Positions 53,354-63,791 of a stretch of DNA of 63,791 nt are shown here, piece by piece (within the stretch, counting starts at the first letter, position 1; each line of letters starts with the position of its first letter). Origin of the DNA: Catajapyx aquilonaris. Lineage: Eukaryota. The stretch is taken from assembly GCA_000934665.2 (NCBI GenBank), contig KZ538649.1:1-63791 (forward strand). The letters are read 5' to 3'. The notes beneath the pieces are model-generated. The model did not search any database. It saw nothing but the letters and a program-made list of their open reading frames with translations, and was not told the origin of the DNA. Both the position numbers and the translations under genes were made by a program.

Positions 53354-53644
53354 CCTGCCGAAGGATTACGCACCGGGTGGCCACTTGAGATCGCTACTAG
53401 ACATTTCCCAAGGCTATCATGTGGCGACCCTACCGGACTAAGGCTGAACTTTACAGGTACGAAGGGGAGGGCTACATTGGGGGGCCCAACATGGCCGCTG
53501 GCGGCCATGTTGGGCCAGCATGTAGCCCTCCCCTTTCGTACCTATACAGTTCAGCCTTAGTCCGGTAGGGTCGCCACATGATAGCCTTGGGAAATGTCTC
53601 GTAGCGATCTCAAGTGGCCACCCGGTGCGTAATCCCTCGGCAGG
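53354..53644. repeat. 290-bp near-perfect GC-rich palindrome
   Basis: Arms of about 143 bp centred on CAACATGGCCGC-TG-GCGGCCATGTTG. Confidence 0.92.
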
Positions 53645-54051
53645 TGATAACGCCAGAACGTAGTATAAGTGTCCGTGGGCTGGTCAGGACGATGATTTAG
53701 TGTCGTGGCTAATATTATTCATAAAAAGCCCATATAAACTCGTTGTGGCAGTTTCTTGCTTCCCACTAGGCCTAGGCCATGTTAGATGCTAGAAATAAAT
53801 CACCCTTTTTTCCGCAAATGGTTGATGATTCTGTTTATTAGCATTATTACTTATTATACTTTTCCAGGAACTGCTACCTTCAATACCGCAATTATTGGGC
53901 TGTTTATTCTTACAAGCACGGTTAGAGTGACACTTAGAATTACATTTAGTATTACATGAACGACATTTACATTTCTTATCAATGCAGTACCGGTACCTTT
54001 TGCAACTGCAACTTACGACACCCTACTTAGGCGTACTGAGATAGCCTACAG

Positions 54052-54568
<517 letters not shown>

Positions 54569-57278
54569 AAATTGGGTGGTTTCATGGTGTGGCCTTTAAC
54601 ATTATTTTATTTCCTTGCTCAGCTATGAATTTTTTAAAATTTTTTTGGTGTACTGTACAACGTGATAAGCGCTGCCGTAATGGCATTACGTGATGGAAAG
54701 TATCAATTTCATGACATGTATGTTACCTTAAATATTCATTAACGATGTTTTTGGAATTGTGGCCAAGTTAACCCAGCAGGCCAACGTCACCCCATTAATG
54801 TTTGAAATACCATCAAATTTGATGGTATTTCAAACATTTGCCAACAACAATATAGAGTGATTATTTTATTTCCAGCATATAGGCCTACTTGGCATAATGG
54901 GAAACAAGAAACTGCCACAACGCGTTATGGTCCTTTTCTGAATCAGCCACGACACTAAATTAGAGTCCTGGCACTTTTATGTAGTCCAGAAAAGCGTTCT
55001 GGCCTTTTAAAAATGAACATTTCGCAATCTCCCCTTTTTGAAATGAATATTCCGCGAAATGCTCGTTTTCCCCCGTTCAATGAGCGTTTTCGGGGTTTGA
55101 GCCTAACACATGCACAATTGACGGTTGAGACGAATTTTTTCACATCAAATTTTGTTTTAGAGAATAAACAAATTGGGTTTAATAATTATTAATATTGCTG
55201 TGACAATTTCATACTGTGAGGGCAAGCGATAACCCTTGGCTCCCCAAGCAAAAAACAGTGGGGGTGACAGCCTCTCTCACTTTTTCGTTGTCGCGTAACT
55301 GCGTAAGTGCTGACCGGACATGCATATAGGTACGAAATACAGGTCTTATCTCTTAACCATGGTTTACCATCTCTTCGTACCAAAAAAGAAGCAATGGCCT
55401 GTCAAGACCTCAGCGACATCGAGGAAGTGAAAGAGGCTGTCGTCCCTACTGCTTTTTGCTTGGGGTTGGGGAGGCAAGGATTATCGTATTATGTCAGTTT
55501 CAGTTTGTGTAGTGAATAATTACGCTGAGTGACGTCATATATTGGTAAATGATTTTGTAAATTAATCATGTATGACTCACTGTCAGTGGAGAGTTTGGCT
55601 TTCTAACATCTTGCGCATGCAGATGTTATTGTTGGAGTCACTTATCTCTCTTAGAATTGGTTTGTACAATGGCACAATAAAGCATGGAATATAAGTATAT
55701 ACCACAAGGTATACCGTATACGCATAATATTTCCAACCACGGGTGCAATACTGTCATATTTCACTGTACGGTACAACGGTACCGTTCGTGAAGGGAACTC
55801 ACTATGTTACGATTCAGTTGTCAAAAATTAGACAAAATCTAAACAAAAAGCTGGTAACTACCCAACTTAGACATTAACTTGACTGTGTACAAGTATTGCA
55901 CCTTCTCGACTATTGGATATAAGATAACTAGAAGCGGATAGCTGCAGATGTAGCATAGCGGAGTAATATGAGTATTTATACCACTCCCCGGACCCAGATT
56001 GATATGATGCCATGGTGTCTGATAAACTATACTATGCTTACGTGACTACTCCACTTCCTGGTACTGAAAGTTTACCAAACATGTCTTTCATTTAGGTTCG
56101 GGTTGTTCATAATAATTATGTTCAACCTTATGAGACATTATGGCCAACAACAGATCGTATGCTGCGTCACTGCCTACCTCTTTTTTTCAAGGCACTGACT
56201 CATGATGATTAAACATTGCTATATTTCCTATATTATCATTTTGAAAGTAATTAAAACCACTGTCAAGAGTTTGACTAAACAAACCATTCACACGGGTCAT
56301 TCCAGCTCAACTGAGTCAAAGTGTTGCTCGACCCTCTCCAATTTTGCTGAAAAAAATCATGGCTGTCCATACCTAATTGACCTAATGCGAAAATATCAAA
56401 TTTCAGCCCTATTGCTCAACACTAGTGGGAGGGAGGCGCTCCCGATTTGGGCCGGGCCGTAAATCAGCGTTTTATCTCGGCCACTGCCTCAGTTTTACCA
56501 CTGAATGACAGTGAACATAAATAATACAGTATGCGTTGTGAATAATTCTTCGAGGCCATTGTGCAGTGAATGGAAATCATTTTGGCCGACTATCGTAGAA
56601 TGTCGAATTAATAAGGAAGTGTATAGGCTGCAGGTATTGGCTGCAAATTATTTAGTCCAACCTCTTTGCAACTGATTGAAATAAATTTTGAAAGTATATA
56701 AAATCGTTTTTCAATATCAAAGTTTATCAATGTTTATCAATGTGAACATAATATTACACCTTTTTAAAGCCGAGCCAACCATTTTCCACTCTGTGCTGGT
56801 CAACAGGTGATATGCTTTAAGCTACTGCACATAGTGCACAATGGCCTCGAATAATTTACATGTCATTCAGGAGGGAAACTGATGTATAGTGGCAGAGCAA
56901 GTGGCAGAGGTAGAATGGCCTGCAATGCTTTCTTGCCTTAAGACAACAATGTGAGCATTATTTTGGAACCATATACGGTATTATTTGAATTTCACCGGTC
57001 AGGGGAATCACCCGTGTGGCTTACTATGTATTTGACGCGCAGATCAATGCCTTTTTCAAATAATCGCCACGCCGTTGTTCTTTGAATGTGTGTAATAGGA
57101 CATGTATCATTCCAAAGCACATGAGACGACGCGTCGCGACGTTTCCAATAATTACCGGTATATGTCGGTCATATTTTACTAAGGCCAGATAGCGAAAACC
57201 ATTGACCGAAAACCCGAATTAAAAAATAAAATAAAATTGCTCACGAACTATTCATGACTCAAGCTTCAAACTACACAT

Positions 57279-58442
57279 GAAGACCACAGGGGAAAAAGGG
57301 GGAATGTCACAAAAACAATGTTAGTGGGAAATCGAAAAAATGGCTTTAATTCTTCCCGTGTCAAAAAAATAATAGTCAAAGACACCAAAGGGAATGAAAC
57401 ACAACTGCATAATAGTATTGTAAACACAGCTGACGAAGTTAAATGTGCAAAATCATGAGCACCTCCCTATGTCAGCCAAAACCAGTTGCCAAGTACACAT
57501 TTTTAAGGGGAAGGAGGAGGAACGTCCAAATAATGCCTCTTGGAGAAGTTCCTGCGATGGCATCATGTTGTTGTTGTTGCCATCAACATTGGGAAAACTA
57601 CGGAATAAGACGTATTTTTTGTAAGCCTCGACATAATCGGGACATGAAATAGCACAAGACCAATTTTTGATGACCTGTCCCCTCTCCTCTTCACATATGT
57701 TTGCGAAGCACTTGAGTCGCTTGCAATGACAGTCCTGTCCCGTTTCGTGGCTTTGCAGCCGTAACTTCTTTTGCACGTCACGTAATCTCCCACATTTCCG
57801 TCGTTTTCTGCCGGACATTGCTGGTGGTTGTTCACTGCACTCACTGTCCGACATGTTGTCTGCAAGGATGTTAATAATAATTCATACCCCGTTATCAGCC
57901 ATAGGCTCTTTATGGGTGAAGTTTGTTTTGCCTGGAACTCTTTGCTTTTCATTTTACTGTGCTCTTTGGGATAGGATAGGGACGGAAGGAAGCGGCTGTG
58001 GTCTATTAATTACGGAAGCAACTCCGGAATTATCCTGGAAGGACCGTGGGAAACCACAGAAAACCACGGTCAGAGGTGCCGGCCCCGGGATTCGAACCCA
58101 GGACCTCCCGATTAGCAGTCGGACGCCCTATCCACTATGCCAACCTGCTTCGGTGCAAGGATGTTAAAAGCCGACTGGTCCAAAACAGGCCAGCACAAGC
58201 AGTGTCCGCCAGGGACGTCATTGCGCGTTTTGGACTATCCCCTTTTCTGCCCTGTACGACGTGGACGTTCCTCGTTCTTCCCCAGTACGGGATATCTTCA
58301 AGCCATTATATCTCTGGAACTAACTCACTTCTACCCATGGGCACCCTCTAGGTATAAGGGGCACCTACGCTACTATTGTAATGTGCACTTGGCAGCAAAC
58401 TCAATGGAATTGGACATTCCCCCTTTTTCCGCTGTGGTCTTC
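57279..58442 (-). mobile_element. Sola1-like internally deleted transposon with a transposase N-terminal remnant (57854 to about 57660)
   Basis: TIR GAAGACCACAGsGGAAAAAGGGGGAATGTC; 4-bp TSD ACAT; peptide SHETGQDCHCKRLKCFANICEEERGQVI. Confidence 0.7.
57875..58153 (-). mobile_element. tRNA-derived SINE, family B
   Basis: Homologous to 13689-13983; B-box GGTTCGAATCCC; TSD TGCAAGGATGTTAA (57861-57874, 58154-58167). Confidence 0.92.
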
Positions 58443-59041
58443 ACATATTGTAACTTGTGTCGGTCTATATTTCTGTCACCAAATATGAAAATGTGGTGCA
58501 AATACATAACTAAATTTTGGAGGCCAAAATTCTTGGAAATTTGACCTATGTAAAGCCAGTCACGTTTCGTTCTGGTTGCATTTGTGAGTAAAACCAATGT
58601 AATAGTTGCATTACCCTCATCTTCCTCTTTCTTTTGATATATTATGTTGGATGGGTTTGGACGAATTCCACACACCGAAATAATTCTCCGAAAAACGCAT
58701 GATTTCCCGCCTGGCCAAAATTTTGGGAGAGCCTCCCTCCCACCACTGTTGCGCGATAGGGCTGAAATTTGATATTTCTCATTATGTCTTATCACTCTTG
58801 GTCTTATTAGCTATGTACCCTACAGCCATGCTTTTTTTCAGCAAAATCGGAGATGGTCGAGCAACACTTTGACTCAGGTGAGTTGGAATGGCCCATAGTC
58901 CCATACATCTGTCTTTTTGTTAATTTGGAGCGAAATTATCACAGAAAAGGGGACAAACAAAAAATGTGTGATACTCCGCCTTGCACCCTGGAATGAAATT
59001 ATTTTGTTAGCTGACTGTAACTGAACACCATAATTATCTAC

Positions 59042-60604
59042 CTCATATGTGGGATTCGTCGCTTCCTTGGGAACTGGCAGAGTGTGGATCCTGTCATCCA
59101 ACACCAGAATAAGAGATGGATATAACTTTTCTGCCTCATCCACGCTGTCTGCTGTTAAAATTGATTCGGCCTGCAACTCCTGATTCCCCAGCTCCTGATG
59201 TGTTGACATGATGGCAGGTTGGTCTGGATAGCCATTCTTGCGCCGCAAACACACGAAATCTGCCAGTGACAATGATGCTGCTATATTAGGCCCAGCAACT
59301 TCCAATATTTCTTCTGAAGTACACTGGCTCAACATTTCTTGCAGCTTTTCCTTTCGCCGTCGTGACTTCTCCTCAGGAGTTGTGTAAGCATAGCGTTCAC
59401 GACGCTTCTTCTTCCTGATTGTGAGTCCATTTTGGTTTTGCTGTGAAAATTGAGGTGGGTCTTGTGTCGACTCATCAGTGTCGTGAGGTGGATTTCGGTC
59501 ATATGCAGCTTGTCGTGCTGCAGGAAAATCTGATATGGTTCCGTGATTTGGAAACATGTCAAAATGAGTTGCCATCCTGGCACGACCAAGGTAAATCTTA
59601 GAGCATTTTGGACAACGGTAATGGGGTGCGAGACGTCGTTGTCCTTGTTCAATACCAGGTAGCACTGGGGGTAGTTTGTCTTCCTCATCCATCTCTCCCT
59701 CGGAAAATTGGTAGTCAGAATCCGAATCATCCAAATCTGGTTCTCGCATCGTATGACGTGGTGGTCGTGGCATTCGTCCGTAACTTGTTTGAAGCTGGTC
59801 CTCATGTGATAGTACTGGATCTGAGAATGTCTCCTCCTCAGTAGTATCTGCCTCAGGTGACTTTTGGCTAGATACTGATTTTGGTGGGGGGTCACGTTTG
59901 CGTTTTGTTCCAGACTGCGGTGAAATAGTGGTTGTGACATCAGCTTTGTTTCGTAGATTCCGATCTTCTCGATGAACTAAGCTGTAGATGATGCGTGTGT
60001 TAGTCTCATTGTCATATATGACATTGCGGGTAGGAGCGGATTGTGATTGTGATGACATCTGGTACTGAATAACTACGGCGATCTGGTGGAGTTGCTCCGC
60101 GCTTAGTGGTTGAGTAATTTGGAATCTGTTCCCTTGTTGGATTAATTGAATTGGATTTTCACTGGATCCAAGAGGCATATCTGAATTTAAGTTACGGGGT
60201 GGCTCTGAGATGGGATCCTCCATGTGTTGAGTTGCTTCCACAGGTGTCTCACCGTCATTCAGTTGTAAACCCAGCGCCGCAACGTGATCCTGCGTCAGCT
60301 GCGAATCGCCATGCTCCCCATCATGTAGAATAGAACTCTCCACATTATCAGGAAACACTTCGGCATACCGGGTTGTCTGTTGGGTTTCTGCTGGTGTTGG
60401 CTCATTTTTTACTGTCTGCTGTTCAGCCACATCTGGTGTTATTGTCTCTGGTACATCTTCCTCACTTCTGGCCACCACTGCTTCACATGCTTCTTGCAAA
60501 GCCTGCTGCAGCACACCTGCCCTCAGGTCACTATCACCTGCGAGTATAACCGCCCGTCCATTAATAACCACCAGCCTCACATTGGATCCAACCCTCGCCT
60601 CCAT
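59042..60604 (-). CDS. ZNF839-like (DUF4764) protein, large first coding exon (521 codons)
   Basis: Part of ORF 58874-60604. Motifs LGSSENPIQLIQQG, TSYGRMPRPPRH, CPKCSKIYLGRARMATHFDMFPNHG and LQEMLSQCTSEEILEVAGP resemble ZNF839. An acceptor (tttgtag) lies just before the ATG and a donor GAG|gtagat at 59042/59041. The ORF tail runs into a transposon TIR, so it is probably intronic read-through. Confidence 0.8.
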
Positions 60605-61242
60605 GAGCTACAAATGTCCGAAATTTGATGTGTCCGCACACACTGCACTGAGTCTGTGAAACTTGGACTTCCTCAATCCAGTTGATTATGTGGAAACCGT
60701 CATCTCGGATATACCGTAATTAAGCGTCGAAAAGTCGCGTCCTTTCCGTACCGCACAACACTGCACTCGATTCAGGTCACAATTTACGACGGATCTGGAC
60801 GGGTTGTTGACGGGCTAATGAGAACTGAAGTGAGGGTGGGGAGGGAGAGGACGTGGGCAGGCTTGGGAAAGAATAAGGAACCATTGTCTCACCACAGCAT
60901 GTTCTTCGACTACTGCACATGGCTCAAGAGTCAGCTGTAGTAAGAGCCCCCCTTCCCTCGCTCCGATTGGTTCTTTCTGGCANNNNNCCCCCCCCCCCCC
61001 CTCCCATTCAGCCCACGGTCCCTCTCACCTCCTGACCCTGTATGACCGCCGCGCCGTCTGTTGAGATGGTAATAGGACCCATGGATGTGGATTTCTTTCC
61101 TGAGGGGAGATAAGCCAGAACAAGGCATTCTCTTTCAGTCCTTCCCCATATTTTGGCACCAGAAAATGAATTTTCACCCATTTGCCAGTTGGTGACCAAC
61201 TGGTACGATTCAGCACGATTCAGAAAATAAAAAGGAGGGGAT

Positions 61243-61318
61243 CAGACAATGAGGCGGATACTTTTAAAAACCTTCTTTGCAATAAGAAGGTTTTTAAAAG
61301 TATCCGCCTCATTGTCTG
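61243..61318. repeat. 76-bp hairpin (35-bp perfect stem, 6-nt loop)
   Basis: CAGACAATGAGGCGGATACTTTTAAAAACCTTCTT and its exact reverse complement. Confidence 0.95.
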
Positions 61319-61674
61319 GCGATCCATGGCTCTACCAGATAAAGCACAAAGTCCCTTGAACATTGGCCACCTGATGTCGCCTCGGCTAGGACACCGCAGT
61401 CAGCGCCGACCATCGGTCAATAGTAGAAACTGAAGTGGAAGACCACATGGTCTTTTTGTCCTCACCGGACACCGGTGCTTTCCCTCTCTGTGCTCAACGA
61501 ATGTTATCATCATGTGACAAGCTGACCGTTCAAATTCCTGCTTGAGTCGTTCAAGTTCCTTCACCGTCTAGCTGATATGACATAGCTTAGCTCGCACTTG
61601 TATTGAGTAGGACACGGGCATATTGCAGAGCTTTGTGTGATGCATATGGCATGCTGGTGGGAGCTAGGACAACA

Positions 61675-62384
61675 ATGGACTGCAGAGGCTATGGAGTTGT
61701 GGTGCTGTGGATTGTGTGCCTGTGCTGCACTAGTGTGGAGTCGGTGACGCGAGGAAATGTGCTGCTCATTATTGGTACTGTGGGACTCAAATTTTGTCAC
61801 GTAATGTGTTGGTTATTATCCAGAGGGTTCTTGCTTGCAGCGGATGATGCGGGACTGGAGACCAAAGTGTACAACAACTCAGCGTGTAGGATGCCACATC
61901 TGGATGCACTGGCTAGCAGGAGTGTCATTTTTGATAGGGCTTTCACCGCCGTCAGCAGTTGCTCACCGAGGTGGGAATCATCGTCATATTCACCAACTGA
62001 CAGGATTAAATGTTTTCACGCACTTAATTTTTTCAGCCGATCAGCTATTCTGACTGGCCTCCCAGGTCATCAGAATGGGATGTATGGCCTTCACCAGGGG
62101 TACCATCATTTTGATTCGTTTCAAAAGGTGCAGAGTCTCTCGCGGATTTTGAAAACTCATGGCATAAGGACAGGTTGTGTGACATAAATTGTGTTGACTT
62201 TTTCCCACATCTTATTGGATCATTTTGCAGGCATAATTGGTAAGAAGCATGTCGGCCCAGAGTTGGTGTACCCTTTTGACTTCTCAGAGACTGAAGAAAA
62301 CCATCCCATCAACCAGGTGGGTCGGAATATTACATTCATCAAGCTGTTGGTGCGCAAATTTCTCCAGAGCCAAGATAGGTTGCA
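61675..62384 (+). CDS. SGSH: N-sulphoglucosamine sulphohydrolase (sulfamidase), first four coding exons; gene continues beyond window
   Basis: Exons 61675-61774 (alternative ATG 61651), 61841-61970, 62037-62173 and 62231-62384 (alternative donor 62378). Signal peptide, NVLLIIADDAG, sulfatase motif [31 protein letters not shown] and QVGRNIT. Confidence 0.93.
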
Positions 62385-62461
62385 GTGAGTAGCTTACTAC
62401 ATGTAAAATTAATTTCTGCATCACATTTGGTAAAAGCATATATGCCATGGAACTAATCGAA

Positions 62462-62734
62462 TGTTTGTTTTAATACCCTGTGATAGGGCCAGGGGCCCTA
62501 ATAGGGTGGGAAGGGGGGGTTCCCAAGGGAGGGCTCTCTTAAGTAGTCATTTCTGACCCTCTTAAATACCAGACCGTTTCTCTTGGACCTGAGCAGAGAA
62601 GGGAGTGCAAATCTGCCCGGACATGTCAGGTGAAAAGCGGAAAAATACCCAACCAAGAGAAGGTGACGGGATTTGAACCCCAGACCTCCTGCTTGGCTGG
62701 CCAGTAGCATAGCCACTAGACCACCATGCCCCCC
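62462..62734 (-). mobile_element. tRNA-derived SINE, family D, in the SGSH intron
   Basis: A-box TGGTCTAGTGG and B-box GGTTCAAATCCC on the minus strand; TSD not resolved. Confidence 0.65.
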
Positions 62735-62964
62735 GCATATTATCTCACATTAAGCCGCATGCCCGTGTGGGGGTGATCAAACTTTTTTGTCGTTTTAGTT
62801 ATTGACAAATTCGGCCTTAGCTGCTTGTAGCCATGGCTAGCAACCAGTTGTTGAAATCAGAAATCGGAAATAACAACAGTTGATATTAGGGATTAAACAA
62901 CACGAAACAAATGAAGATCGATTCGAATGATGGAATATGCGCGAGATTCCGGAACCCACACCAC

Positions 62965-63522
62965 TTGGCTCAGGTACCTGTCGCCTGTCAGGGTGTCGTG
63001 GAAAAAGTAGGGCCCAATGATGTGGCAGCGGACAATCCCGCACCAGACGTTGACCCGCCAGTTGTCCTGAAAGTGGGGTGTCATGTACTCAGTGAGCCCA
63101 GTAATGTGGCGGTTCACCACACAAGATCGCGAAAACTGGACCTCGTCCGACCACAAGATGAGGTGCGGATCCGAACCTCTCCCCGACAGCAGCCAGGCGC
63201 AGTAGTCCACTCGTCACTGGTAGTCCCCGCTCCTCAAGGCTTGCGTCAGGTGAATTTTGTAGGGGTGATACCGAGCACAATGCAGGATATTCCACACAGT
63301 ACCATAGCTGCAGGCGAACTCTTGTGCAATTGTGCGGATTCCTACCTGGGGGTAGACTGCCACATATGCCCGGACTGCACCCTCCAGCGTCTCATCCCTG
63401 ACAGTACGTCAATGACGTTCGCCATGTTGCAACAGCACAAAGCTTCCATTCTCTTGCAGGTTGGCCATCAAATGCCGGATGAAGTGTTCTCTGGGGTGTT
63501 TCCGGTTAGGATACCTGTATGC
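62965..63522 (-). pseudogene. Frameshifted Tc1/mariner (Tc3/maT-like) transposase fragment
   Basis: Peptides YRYPNRKHP...LQENGSF, ILWSDEVQFSRSCVVNRH and VNVWCGIVRCHIIGPYFFHDTLTGDRYL, the first in a different frame from the other two. Confidence 0.85.
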
Positions 63523-63791
63523 ACAGGGGCGGATTACCCATAAGGCCACACTAGGCCATGGCCTAGGGCGGCATATTTTGAAGGGCGGCAACCGGCAAGT
63601 TTAAATATAGCAATATTATATCAATATATTAAGCAACGCAGTATTATTATTCATATTATATTAGCACGTATTTTCGAGCCAGTCAGACAGCTTTTGGAGA
63701 CAGATAATAAAACAGTTACAGGCTGCAGATGGCTAAAGCAGCGGTTCTCAAACTGTGGGGCGCGCCCCCCTGGGGGGGGGGGGGGGGGGGG

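Larger units (their letters stand above)
56294..58894. mobile_element. Unclassified long-TIR DNA element hosting nested insertions
   Basis: Inverted repeats of about 170 bp beginning GGGyCATTCCArCTCAmCTGAGTCAAAGTGTTGCTCGACC. Confidence 0.8.

Noticed and set aside
58075..58153. tRNA-like sequences here and at 4352, 13689, 50537 and 62660-62734
   Set aside because: They are SINE heads, followed by SINE bodies and tails, and mostly flanked by TSDs.
58874..59041. C-terminal 55 aa of the 576-aa ORF
   Set aside because: It follows a donor site, contains an acceptor-like tract and ends inside a transposon TIR; probably intronic read-through.
62911..63543. 210-aa plus-strand ORF
   Set aside because: Antisense shadow of the decayed Tc1/mariner transposase.

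Overview
Eukaryotic, most likely insect or arthropod, nuclear genomic DNA. It has short GT-AG introns, TCAGTT initiators, tRNA-derived SINEs, many MITEs and one N-gap. Hand-spliced genes: (1) complete 6-exon mitochondrial ribosomal protein S35 gene (+, 3760-11365, 330 aa); (2) two adjacent uncharacterised signal-peptide plus hydrophobic-segment genes (-, 18817-20167, 4 exons, DM4/DM12-like Cys tail; and 21076-21627); (3) an EVH1/WH1-like plus CRIB-like gene resembling Drosophila MESR3 (-, 30111-33495); (4) a diverged ZNF839/DUF4764-like gene (-, large exon 59042-60604, probable last exon 49297-49950); (5) head-to-head with it, the first four coding exons of sulfamidase SGSH (+, from 61675, continuing past the window). 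There is also a probable decayed multi-exon gene at about 23-27 kb (-). The non-coding DNA is rich in non-autonomous DNA transposons (piggyBac-, hAT-, Tc1/mariner-, Tigger-, Harbinger- and Sola-like) and in near-perfect palindromes of 42-731 bp, some nested or lying just downstream of stop codons. I see no unambiguous new system. The best leads are the palindromic mini-elements, hairpins that may fall in 3' UTRs, the unknown secreted-protein pair and the remodelled ZNF839-like gene. All family names come from recalled motifs, not database searches.
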